Made by a program: the position numbers and the translations under genes. A stretch of 63,166 nt of DNA, counting the filler, from Perkinsus chesapeaki ATCC PRA-425 (Eukaryota; Protista; Perkinsozoa), in the NCBI GenBank assembly GCA_013115145.1. It is 11 parts of 11 records of this genome, joined end to end, with 100 filler letters (N's around TTAATTAATTAA, not from the genome) between each part and the next. Parts side by side here need not be neighbours in the genome. Positions count along the whole stretch, not along the records: positions 2,436 to 20,756 come from JAAPAO010000667.1; positions 20,857 to 22,620 come from JAAPAO010001796.1; positions 22,721 to 30,351 come from JAAPAO010001020.1; 8 more parts are not named here. One strand, written 5' to 3'. This document shows positions 12,375 to 23,399 of the stretch, in pieces. The notes below the pieces were generated by a model. It saw only the letters and a program-made list of their open reading frames with translations, was not told the origin of the DNA and searched no databases. The first letter of the stretch is position 1; the number at the start of each line of letters is the position of its first letter.

Positions 12375-13542
12375 ATGTTCAGTACATTTAAAGGCGAAAC
12401 TGACGATTTGCCGAATGACAACTATGACAGGCCACCCTCAGCGAGCCCGGGTGCAAGGCCTCCCTATGTTATAGTAGTACATAGCTGCAAAGGTGGTGTT
12501 GGTAAAAGTACAGTAGCCTTCAACCTCAGCATTGCCTTGGCGAACAGCGGCCTCGATGTCGGTAAGCGTCCACCTGTGATGTGGAACTGTTGGATGGTGC
12601 GCAGGTCTGGTTGATGCGGATGTGATGGGACCATCGCTGCCAGCTTTCGTGTCGCCCGAAAAAGGGCATATTTATTTCTCTAGGAATGAAAAGTGGGCCC
12701 AGCCTGTTCAGTAAGGAGATTCGCCCCTTCGAACTGCGTGAACATTGCATCGGTTAGATTCCCTATGCCCAGCGGTCGAGGGTCGCTGAGATGTCAGTCG
12801 TTTGGATGGCTTGATGTTAACAAGGTCTCGAAGCAAGGGGCTGGGCTCTCCGCTCAGAGTGCTAAAGAAGTTGTGGCGATGATGCTGACTCAGACGGACT
12901 TTGGCAGTACGCCCACTTGTCTAGGGAGATGCAAGTGGCCGGATTTCAGATATAACTCATTTGGTCGTCGACTGCCCGCCAGGGACGGGTGACATCCCTA
13001 ATCTCTTAATGGGAGGTGGAGTGCATCCATCATGCGCAGTAGTGGTAACCACGCCGCATAAGCTGTCCCTGATGGACACTAAACTTGGCGTGGATAAGCT
13101 CAGGCGGGACGGGGTAGGTCTGATATAACAAAGCTGCCGTTAGAGCGTGCGAGTGTAGGTTACTGTGGGAGCTATAGTGGAGAATATGGCCTATCTGGAG
13201 TGTCCGGATTGCGGAAAGATGATTCATCCCTTTGGTGACGCCAATCCCCGGTCAGCTTTGGGCCTTGGTCAGGAGGTAGGCGCCTGGGGATTGTCATTAT
13301 TGATGATATTTCTCACACAGGTACCAGTTGTTGAGCTTCCCATTGAATCCAGTCTCTCTTCGGATCTTATCGTCGATTCTGAGTCGGCAACAGGCCAGCG
13401 TTTTGCAGAGCTCGCCAGGGTTATCTTGGAAGCGTGTGAGGCATCGGGCAGCCCTCGAGGGGTCAAAGGTATTTATGACCGTTTGCCAATGGTCATACAG
13501 GACTGGGGGACTTTCATAGCCTGCCTCTCCGTCTCTATGTGA
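12375..13542 (+). CDS. Mrp/NBP35-family P-loop ATPase (Fe-S cluster carrier-like), multi-exon
   Basis: SCKGGVGKST, DADVMGPS, LVVDCPPGTGD, VVVTTP, GAIVENMAYLECPDCG…PFG. The 3' end is approximate. Confidence 0.9.
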
Positions 13543-13948
13543 GTGATTACACTGCCCCAGACACTCACTCGTCCAGTTATTTTTATACCCTTGCTCTACT
13601 GGTGTGTTTCGTGTTCGTTACTGTTGTTGAATCGACCCCATTTTGTGTTATTCAATTACATGCATCATTGGCTTCAACATCTTACATGAGCCAAGCAGCG
13701 TCCCCCAGTGGGTGATTCAGTCGCCGCACTACTGCTGAATCAGCACGCGTTCTCCGCTCAAGACTGTGCTCTTCCTTACACTGTGGGGATCTGTTTTCCA
13801 TCTTTCCAACACTGCTAGATACAGCAGTACTACAGCCTTCCAGCCTGCCTGACTGCCCCACTGCATTCAACCTAACCACCCTCTCGTATGGCTGCCGCCA
13901 TTAGTTATCGTAACAGCATATCCTTGTTAGTTCTGGTTCGTGTACCAC

Positions 13949-16297
13949 ATGGCGGCGCCGCTACAACTGTACGCTATATCAACGATAGCATTACTCACCT
14001 TTCTCTACATCGGTAGGAACCTCTTTTACTCCATCCACCTTGGCCCGTCCAACCCCATAGCTCCCGAGGCAATCCTTCGTTACTCGCAGTTCGCCGGAAG
14101 GCCGTATACTGTCAGCTACGATTCCCGCGCCTTCAAGCTTAATGGGGCGCGCACGCTCCTCTTGGGAGGATCCGTGCACTACCCTCGACTGGCTGTCGAG
14201 GAGTGGGAGCCTATGCTGGAGGAGATGGCGCGTGACGGTTTGAACCACCTTCAACTCTACGTTTTCTGGAACTACCACGAGCCCGAGCCACCGCAGTTTG
14301 ATCAAGCGGCTGGCCGTTTTAATCACAAGTATGATTTCTCGGGCCGCGGAGATTTGGTTCGTTTCATCCGCCTTGCCGGCCAGAAGGATCTCTTCGTCAA
14401 CCTTCGGATAGGCCCCTATGTCTGTGCCGAATGGACATTCGGTGGCCTTCCACTGTGGCTACGTGACGTAGACGGTATGTGCTTTCGGTCCGTTTGTGAT
14501 TACCAGGAAACTTCGGAGACGTGTAGGCCATGGGAAGATGGCAGCCTGTCGGGGTGCGATCCATGGAGGAAGTACATGGCCGAATTCGTTCTGGACATCG
14601 CGAACCTAGTTAAAGAGGCAAAACTGATGGCCTCCCAAGGTGGCCCAATTATCATGGCCCAGCTCGAGAATGAGTACGGTGCAAACACGGAGGCTGGGAC
14701 AGCGTACATCGACTGGGTTGGAGAGTTATCGTTCGGCCTGGGATTGGAGGTTCCCTGGGTTATGTGCAACGGCCTCTCCGCAAATGGTACTGTCAACGTC
14801 TGCAACGGCGACGACTGCGCAGATGAGTACAAAGCGAGCCACGATGAGAGATGGCCAGATGAGCCGCTAGGGTGGACCGAAAACGAAGGTTGGTTTGATA
14901 CTTGGGGCGGCAGCTTTGGCAACTCAGAGAGGTCTGCTGAGGAGATGGCCTATGTCGTGGCGAAATGGGTAGCAGTTGGCGGCAGCCATCATAACTACTA
15001 TATGTGGTATGGTGGGAATCACCTAGCTCAGTGGGGAGCGGCATCTCTGACTAATGCTTACGCGAATGGCGTTAACTTCAGATCTGACGGGCTTCCCAAT
15101 GAGCCCAAGAGATCGCACCTTAGAAGGCTTCATGGCCTCCTCGGGCGACTCAATGGGGAGCTGATGAGGGTCGATGACCGGCACTCGGTGAAGCCGATCC
15201 GGTTGGAGGAGAACGTGGAGGTTTACGAGTGGACGGACCAACTTGCATTCCTGCATCGTCCAGCCTGTAGCAACGGAAGCGTGTCGGTCCAGTATAAGGG
15301 TGTAACATACTCCATCAAGTGTCGCGAGGTTCTCGTTATCGATCCCTCTACTGGTACTGTCCACTTCGCCACGGCGAGCACAGAGAAACCGCCAGAGCTG
15401 GTTACGCGGGTGATAGCTAATCTGACGCTAAGCAGATGGAGTATGCGGCAGGAGCGGATCGAGCATGGTATGGACGTTGTGGTGGATTCAGAACCGATAG
15501 ATCACTTGCGTGTGGCCGGCTTGGCCACCGACTATGTCACGTATAAGACCCGGATCTTGGCCGGCCCTGGCTCTAATACTTCTACCCTACTTGAGATAGA
15601 GTCAAGCATATCACAGGTTTTCCACGTCTCTCTGGACGGTGGTAAGAGTTTGGTATCTACAGTGATGAACGTCGAGAAGGGGAACACACGGTGGACAGCA
15701 GCTGTTGAACTGCCGGCCTTGACGCGGAACGCGTCGTATGATCTCTGGATCATCTCGGAGTCTCTGGGCGTAGAGAACGGCATGCTTTATGGCGCTCCGG
15801 CGGCTAGGGAACCGTCCCTGCTCAAGGGGATCCTTGGAGATGTTCGCCTCAATGGCACATCGATAAGGAAGAACAACTGGACTATGGTCAAAGGCCTTGA
15901 TGGTGAGGCCATTCGAGGACAGGTAACGGCAGACACGCCGTGTTGCAAGGCCCTCGGGCCGGCCTGGTTCACGGCGGAGTTTGACCTCGATCGGCCAGTC
16001 AGCGGCCGGTCTATCTCACTGCAGCTTCCCAATGGATTGCCGAACACAGCAGGCGGCCATATCTGGCTGAATGGTGTGGATTTGGGGAGATGGCGTGCAG
16101 TTGCTACTGGTGACGGCTATCGTCAGTCGGCATATAGACTACCACCGGATGCTCTTCTAGAGGGAACGAATAAGGTTTCGGTTTTCAGTGCAACTGGGTA
16201 CTGGGTTTCTGAGGTAGAGCAGCCGCCCGCTGTTATAGAAAGGTCCTACAAGGCGCAAGCAATGTCAGCCACGGAGTACCTGGTTGAGGTGGTGTGA
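13949..16297 (+). CDS. Beta-galactosidase, glycoside hydrolase family 35, intronless
   Basis: Single ORF with an N-terminal hydrophobic anchor, SGSVHYPR-like LGGSVHYPR, YVFWNYHEP, RIGPYVCAEW, AQLENEYG (acid/base), WTENEGWF (nucleophile), NYYMWYGG. Confidence 0.96.
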   Translation: MAAPLQLYAISTIALLTFLYIGRNLFYSIHLGPSNPIAPEAILRYSQFAGRPYTVSYDSRAFKLNGARTLLLGGSVHYPRLAVEEWEPMLEEMARDGLNHLQLYVFWNYHEPEPPQFDQAAGRFNHKYDFSGRGDLVRFIRLAGQKDLFVNLRIGPYVCAEWTFGGLPLWLRDVDGMCFRSVCDYQETSETCRPWEDGSLSGCDPWRKYMAEFVLDIANLVKEAKLMASQGGPIIMAQLENEYGANTEAGTAYIDWVGELSFGLGLEVPWVMCNGLSANGTVNVCNGDDCADEYKASHDERWPDEPLGWTENEGWFDTWGGSFGNSERSAEEMAYVVAKWVAVGGSHHNYYMWYGGNHLAQWGAASLTNAYANGVNFRSDGLPNEPKRSHLRRLHGLLGRLNGELMRVDDRHSVKPIRLEENVEVYEWTDQLAFLHRPACSNGSVSVQYKGVTYSIKCREVLVIDPSTGTVHFATASTEKPPELVTRVIANLTLSRWSMRQERIEHGMDVVVDSEPIDHLRVAGLATDYVTYKTRILAGPGSNTSTLLEIESSISQVFHVSLDGGKSLVSTVMNVEKGNTRWTAAVELPALTRNASYDLWIISESLGVENGMLYGAPAAREPSLLKGILGDVRLNGTSIRKNNWTMVKGLDGEAIRGQVTADTPCCKALGPAWFTAEFDLDRPVSGRSISLQLPNGLPNTAGGHIWLNGVDLGRWRAVATGDGYRQSAYRLPPDALLEGTNKVSVFSATGYWVSEVEQPPAVIERSYKAQAMSATEYLVEVV

Positions 16298-16399
16298 ATG
16301 ACACGATTTCTGGGAAGTTGAAGGTGACATTAGTTTTTATCCTCCCATCCACTTTGTGTTGGTCCCGCAAAGGGCTTGACAGTTAGCAGTTTTGGCCAG

Positions 16400-17314
16400 A
16401 TGTTCTCCTGTCGGTTTTGTAGCGAATCACCCTTCGCCAAGCTGTTCGGAGAGGATCCAGCAGCACCTGGTAAGCAGCCGCTTCTTTATGTAATAAGATA
16501 CGCCTCAGCTCCGTCCGCGCAAGGAGTCCGAGAACGAGATTCAAGTAAGTGGGAGGGAGTACCTCAGGTATCAGACTTCTCTAGACGTCAACTTGCAGGA
16601 GACCGCACTAACCGACAAACCAGAAGGTCTCCATCTAGTTTTGTGAGGCGGAACCCAGAGGAGATCAAACAGCTTATTGCTAGTACCAGCTATGTTGGCT
16701 CGGACTCTGCTCATTCTTCCTTCCCAGGCTGGGAACCTTATGTCAGCTCCCGTGCTAGAGATTTCTTTGTAACTCGCGAAAGGCTCGAGGAGGTACGTCG
16801 AAGTTGGGTTGTTGGTAGGTTGTGTTACCAAGGCACTTCTGCTAGGTCCTCACAATGATAGCGAGGAGCATTCATCATACCGAAGATCCTATCTTAGGGT
16901 GAATACGGGGAGGCAACTGGACCCGCTATTCCACTACGCTAAATTATACTACCTGTTTCCGCCGTTCGTCAGCACATGTTCTATTACTCAGGGACGACAG
17001 TTGTGTGTTCTGGTATGGGGAAGTCACCAAGGATGATAACCAGGCGGTCATAAGAGTAAGCCATCTGCCAGCCTTGTTGTGGGTGACATCCTTCGTAGAT
17101 GGTAAAACCCACCGAGGAGACCGAGAGCTTGACATATGTCAATCGTGTGATGGTGCTCATCTTCTCCTCGGATGAAGTGTTTCAACAGCTGATGGCGCTC
17201 CCAAAGGCCCCGTTCAGGTGGGGCCCAAGACCTCGGGCTCACGTTATCATTCGTGTCAGAATGGCCTGCGGCAACCAGCTGTGTGTGTCACTGCATCATG
17301 TCGCACTGAATTAG
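16400..17314 (+). CDS. Hypothetical multi-exon protein
   Basis: ATG at 16400. Open exons (parts of ORFs 16376-16858, 16809-17036, 17099-17314) are separated by short GT-AG introns. Confidence 0.4.
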
Positions 17315-17931
17315 ATTTTTACGTCGCGCTAAGATGCGCAAGTAAGGCCGTGAGCGTCGGGCTCGCGTTTGCATTATTATGTGTTTCCCCCTGGCCTGGC
17401 TTTGGTTCTCTCTGGTTAACTAGTACCCGCTTAGGGCCTCATGCGAGTGTCAAAGCTTGTTCTTCTCACCCTTGTTGAAGCATTAAAGATTGCGCGAGCA
17501 ACCAAACAGCTCGCGCGGGGACTATTCGTATGCATTTACAACGCTCGCGCTCAGCGGTTGGGTCGTACCGACAGTTCTTTAACCAAGGCTGTGAGAATCA
17601 GTCCCTCGAGCTGAATGATTGCGAACAAAAATCAGAGCCCTTCCAACAGGGTGTTGCCTGAGTATTGCAGGGTACTCAACAGGCTATTGCGGGCTCGGTT
17701 CGGCAACTGAGCGCCCGGGTCCTTTGCACCTGCACCCCCAAGCCCACTACTTCTGTATATACAGAACACAACCTCTCTTATCCGAGTTGTATCATAATAT
17801 GAATTTTCGCTGCTACTGATAAGGTAGTTCGATGAAAAGCCAAATAGAGCGAAAACGGATATGCGTCGGATATTCCGAGGAGGGCAACTCGAGGAGTTGA
17901 TGGTCACTAATGCCACTCACGTGTAGGACCT

Positions 17932-18665
17932 CTACAGGACGAAACCGCTGGCAAGCGACAAAGCAAAAAATGCCAGCAGGGCTCCCACAGATAATCCTCG
18001 CTTGGCTGATGACCGTGATGGCCCGGGTGAACCAACGCACTGTACTTCGTGATCCAGTTGTCTATAAGGCTCGCTCTGAGCAGGAAAAATCTTATTAATA
18101 CCATCCGGCTGCAAGGCACTCACCACAGCGAAGACAATAAGAACCGTGAGGCGCACGGTTCCGTTAACGTCGCCACACTGCATGGTTGCATTCACAGTCG
18201 ACTTGGGGGATGGATCATTATGAGTCACAGCGGCTCGTGCAACTCTATTTTTGGAACTAGGGCAATCGTCATAAAATTTCCCATTCTGAAAGGTGAATAC
18301 TTTAACTCTCCGACAGACTGCTCACCGCGGGGGCCTCAGTAAATATCAGGTTCTTATCGGTTTTGACAAGGAAGCCTTTGAATGGGCGCTCCGACTGCAT
18401 AACCACCTGAACTGTCCCGTTCATGTTGAATGTGAAGATGGACATGCCCTGAGTAGACTTGAACCATGACAGTGCGTCGCGGAATGTTACAGAATTATCG
18501 GTAGAAAGTTGTGACCCTGTGATACCATGGCCCAGGGGTCCTTGGCAACTCCCCGCCCCACCAGAGTACGCAATAACCGTACCTACGGAGCCGTGGTCTG
18601 GATACAAGCTCAGAGATAGCCTTGCCTGTGAGTAATGACAAGTAGACAATATCGGCAATCAGCAT
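17932..18665 (-). CDS. Secreted, probably GPI-anchored Reeler-domain protein (copy 1)
   Basis: Spliced: MLIADIVYLSLLTGTVIA|YSGGAGSCQGPLGHG…VQVVMQSERPFKGFLV…C…VTHNDPSPKSTV…GTVRLTVLIV, followed by a hydrophobic C-terminal tail (…GLSVGALLAFFALSLASGFVL). Confidence 0.75.
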
Positions 18666-19181
18666 TGAGGCTCTTCTAATATGTATAATAATCTGCGTAC
18701 TCTGCGTAATAACCATCGGGGGTGCCTGTGCATGCGTTCACCGTCGTACGTGCACACGGGAGCCTGCCAATGCAAGTTAGATCGCAGGAAAAAAGAGGGA
18801 AACACCCTGTCCGCACCGTATCGGTATAGGAGGCTCTTCTTAAGGAACTCACCGCCGGTTTGTCGGAGCTAACGAGCCACAGCCTGTGGTCCTTCACAGT
18901 TGCATTGTCACCCTCGGAGATATCATTGTCTCTTCATACATCTTCTTGCGCGTCGCATGCTCATTGTGTGGCTTCACAAGGAACGTCTGGCACACTGAGG
19001 AATCCTCATTGCTCGATATCTTCGCTGAGAATGTCGAGGCACCTCCTTTAGCCCAAGCACAGCAAAGTAGGCTGAGTTGATGAACTCTCTGAATCACCTT
19101 TAAAAATACTATAAGTTTCAGAAGGAAGGACAGTTGAAATATTGTAACTTGAGCACTAGAACCTCTCAGTTCTGAAGATCA

Positions 19182-20255
19182 ATGCTCTACTGCGTCCTAT
19201 TATTACTATCGGCGTTGTTCGTTTGCGGCCACTACAATGAGCCAATGGCCTTCATAATCGGTGAAGGGACACCTGCTGGAGCAGTAACTCTTACCAAGGA
19301 GGATGACATCGACCTCGCCACTGATTGTGGAAATCCCAGGTTAGCTTAGCGCAGCAAAATCGATACGTCTGCGTGCCGGGGCTGCCCCGGCGGGGCATCC
19401 GTGATGGGTTAGCAATGCTATAGATAGCATTAACCACTACCTGTGGGACCGTATTCATACCTAAGCCTTCAGATGTCCGTCTGTGGTTATCTTCAATGGT
19501 GAACAAGAAGGCACGCAAGAACTAGTCAACTGTTATCCTGGACAGCTGTAAGTTCCACAAGCTCGGCGGCTTGAGTTTGACACTCTGTTCAATAGGTACA
19601 CCTTCATTAACAAAAGCAAGCGTGATAATGGAATAATAGTTCAACACAAAGGCGGTCGATTTGGGAGCAAATCTATACCACAGTAAAGAGCGTCGCCACC
19701 TTCCTACCTCATGGCCATGATAGGTTTGGACTCGGCCAGTGCTTTTGCTATATTCGAACACATGACGATGACCGGATCGAACAGGAGGGCTTATTAGGTG
19801 CAGATGTTATGTCTCTTCCTGTTGGACCATTTGTCCTCTGGGGATATTTCCCCCTGATCCCCACGGGCCTGCAGGAATAGGGAAAATGGGCTACTCTACT
19901 TCCCAGTCCCAGCGGATCTCTGTGATGCGTCACCCGGTGAGTGTTTTTCACTTCAGGCACCCCGAAAGGTTCTGAAATTCCCGACAACGATGATGCGCTG
20001 AATGCCACAGCAGGGGTAAACCAGGAGACTGGCTTGGTGGGCGCTGAGCTCGTTGAACTGTCAGGTCGAGGTCGATTCGGCGCCCGTTTTCAAAGGGAGT
20101 GGGGGTATCCTTTTGTGTGGCTGACATGACCGTTGTACGAGGCTTCCCACTAAAGACTGTTGTAGCTCTCAGAAGCAGTTTGTGTTGCTAGTGCTGTCAC
20201 CTTTTTCGGTTACTTTGGTGGTAAATTTGTACCGATGCTGAGCACGAGTTTTTAA
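19182..20255 (+). CDS. Hypothetical secreted/membrane protein, multi-exon
   Basis: Signal-peptide-like start (MLYCVLLLLSALFVCG) and a hydrophobic final exon (AVCVASAVTFFGYFGG…TSF*). Confidence 0.5.
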
Positions 20256-20428
20256 CGACATTACGCTACTATACAGAACACAACTGATGCGGGTTATCGT
20301 GATAATATGAAACTTAGCTACAGCAACCGGGTTACCCCCGCTGAGTGGCACGATCTTTCAGAACTGTGTTTCAAAAACTCTAAGATGGGACGGCAGATGC
20401 TTAATAATGCCACTGTTGCGTAGGAAGT

Positions 20429-20756
20429 CTAGAAGGCGAAACCACTGGCGAGTGATACAGCGACAAATGTCAGCAGAGCTCCCGCAGTGAACCCTCGTTT
20501 GGCTGATGATTTTGGTGATCTAGCAGTGCCAACGCACTGTACGTCTTGATCAAGTTGTCTATAAGGCTCGCTCTGAGCAACAAAAACACGATAAATAGCA
20601 TCCGACGGAGACGCACTCACCACAGCGAAGACAATGAGAACCGTGAGGCGCACGGTTCCGTTGACGTCACCACACTGCATGGTTGTGCTGTTCCGTAGAA
20701 CTGTAACCAACTCAAACGCGCAAAGCAATAAACCAGATACTTGTCCTTTGAGGCCT
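20429..20756 (-). CDS. Reeler-domain protein copy 2 (5' part lost at the contig end)
   Basis: Near-identical to 17932-18228: TMQCGDVNGTVRLTVLIVFAVVS…AQSEPYRQLD..VQCVG…SSAKRG…SLASGF. Confidence 0.75.
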
Positions 20757-20856
20757 NNNNNNNNNNNNNNNNNNNNNNNNNNNNNNNNNNNNNNNNNNNN
20801 TTAATTAATTAANNNNNNNNNNNNNNNNNNNNNNNNNNNNNNNNNNNNNNNNNNNN

Positions 20857-21894
20857 TTCTTCGGGTTTTGTAGAACACGTTGGGCGAGATCGATAGATAC
20901 ACCGTTAGCACTGCAACCCATACCTGAAACGAGTAATGTAAGGCTATCAAGCATTCTAGCTTACCTGATAGGTTGTAGGTTAAGATGTCACTACGCATTC
21001 CAAACTTATGGACTAAAAGTGCACAGAGCGACGGAGTAGGTGACAGCAAAGAACAGTTGACAATAAGGACCTGAGTACTTCTATCCCACACATGAATGCT
21101 CAAGTGAGCGAGGTAGCCCACAACCTACATCGATATCTTTAGGTGAAAGACCCGTCTTATCCATCAAACCCTGAAGAGCACCGCCCATGGCCTGTTCAGC
21201 TTCATATCGAGAATCTTCCAAGGTTGCGGTCCACCTCTCGCCAGTCTTGAGGCTTCTTACCTATGGTGTGTAAGAATACTTATGGTAGCTAAGTGAAACG
21301 GTCCTACAAGATTGGGCGGGAAAGCAGTGCGATCACTGGTCCCAGACTTGGACAGCAGCCTCTCCATGAATGCAACGCTCTCTGGAGTTAGATGCTTGTC
21401 GGTTGAGAGGATCTTAACAATATCGGCACGAGAGACCCTCCACTCATCTGGTGGAGTGAACTCATGGTGATCGATACAATAGACACTTCTCTCAGAGAAG
21501 AAATAATGGTAAGTGGCCAAACCGATGATAGCAATGGTAGCAGCCAGAGCACCTATGTAGTAGAGATGATAGCATCGATAAGTGTTTTGCGAATATTACT
21601 GTTCTGTTGCATCCATCCAAGAGCATCACCATGAGTTATATAGGCTACCAATACAGCGACAAATGCCATCATGATAACAGAAATAAATCGATACCTGCAT
21701 TATGAAGTAAGCAACTCTCGAATGTTGGATAGAATCCCTCACCTGTGGCAAGCCACTGTAATGTAATCCTTAATACGAATAGTCCAATAGACTTCATCAG
21801 TGAAAGGAACTGAAGCTGTTGGTTCAACTGCCTCAGGAAATACGAAGGGCTTCGGCTCGCACACGACACCGGAATCTGGAGTGACTGATGGCAT
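20857..21894 (-). CDS. FAE1-like 3-ketoacyl-CoA synthase (very-long-chain fatty acid elongase), 3'-truncated by the contig end
   Basis: Two N-terminal TM segments, [65 protein letters not shown] (catalytic Cys), [10 protein letters not shown]. Confidence 0.92.
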
Positions 21895-23399
21895 GGATAA
21901 TCAGGTCGTGGAAAGAGATCGTCCGAGAACTGAACAATAGGTATACCACACCAGCTTGCACCATGCCACCTTCGATTAGCAAGTCCGGCTAGTGATGAGG
22001 GAATGACGAAGCCGAGGGAAAAACAACAAGTAACAAGCAAAGTTAGGTTGGATTTTTATGATAGCTCCAAATCAAATATCTTTGAGCGTGAAACCGTTAT
22101 TTCTGGGCGGATGCGCAATCCCCAGACAAGGTTAAGAGGTGTGATAGCATCAAGGGGGAGGGCAGGGGTTACTTTCACCACCTTAAGAGTAGGCGGGCGG
22201 AGGCCGGATGGCTAAAGAATTCTTGTGTCGGCTGTCCCTTCTGTGATCGGTCTTGTGCAGGAGACAGCGTATGCAAGATACGGGCTTGTGTTCACTTGAG
22301 GCGATGTGCCTCTACGGGGTGATTCAAATAGTGTACCTCGTGAAGGTATTTAGTAGCTATTCATTTCATTGACAAGTAAACTCGATGGCAAGAACACAAC
22401 AAAGGGATTCATCGGAAGTCCCTATTACAACAATCCTGTGACAAACGTGGATAGCATCACTTAGGTGATGCACACCCAGAAAAATTGAGAAAAGGTTAAA
22501 GCCCTGGTAGGCTGGTTACGAGGTGTCTCGTATAATACTAGTTACGAAGGCAAAGCCAAACCATCGAGTTACACTTGAACCCGCTACCAAACGCTACTTG
22601 AAGGATTCTATGACCAGCCTNNNNNNNNNNNNNNNNNNNNNNNNNNNNNNNNNNNNNNNNNNNNTTAATTAATTAANNNNNNNNNNNNNNNNNNNNNNNN
22701 NNNNNNNNNNNNNNNNNNNNCCCCACTTTCAGATTATCTCTCGTAAACTCTGGGTTGTATGCGCATCGTTGTGCTCCACGGATCCATCGTCGATTATTCC
22801 ATGCCCTGCTGCACCAACGGGGAAGGCATTATGCCTGACAGCAACATTTAGCAATATTGGAGTCTGCTTGATTGACTGTGAAGATGCTGTAAGGCGCTCG
22901 TAATCCTATTCGTGACATCGCCAAGTTCAAATATTCAGTTGTGCCCCGAGGGAGCCACGTGCAAAGCTCTGACGACAGGAGAATCGGTGTGCCTCTTCGA
23001 AGATTAGCCTAAATGGGTCGTTATTGAAGCTCAATAGGCCTCATTACTATCAAAGCGGTGCATCCGGAGACATCCTGCGCGCCCCATGAAGCTCTTTTTG
23101 TCAGGAGCGCAGCCTCGTTATAGTGTTTGGTTATCTTAGGGACAGCGTATGTAAGCCTGCCTGAGCTATTGACCGGGTTTCCATCAACGAAGAACAGTGT
23201 TAGTAGTAATTGGTTAATTAACTTCCCCGCGCTGGTACGGCTGTATCTGGGCAATCTACTTGACGGTTCAATCATACCTTTTATAGTGTGTTACATCTTG
23301 TGACTCGTCGATATCGAGTAGTGCAAGACAACAGGAGCGTGACTGACAGACATCGTTGTATCGTTTACAATGGGAGCGTCAGGCCTGGGAAGATTAGAC

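Noticed and set aside
13991-16047. Several antisense ORFs over the GH35 gene (and over gag/pol)
   Set aside because: Shadow ORFs of long coding regions, with no independent motifs.
17492-17516. GCGCGAGC…GCTCGCGC inverted repeat
   Set aside because: Only 8 bp in a GC-rich intergenic patch, with no TSD or second copy to support an element.
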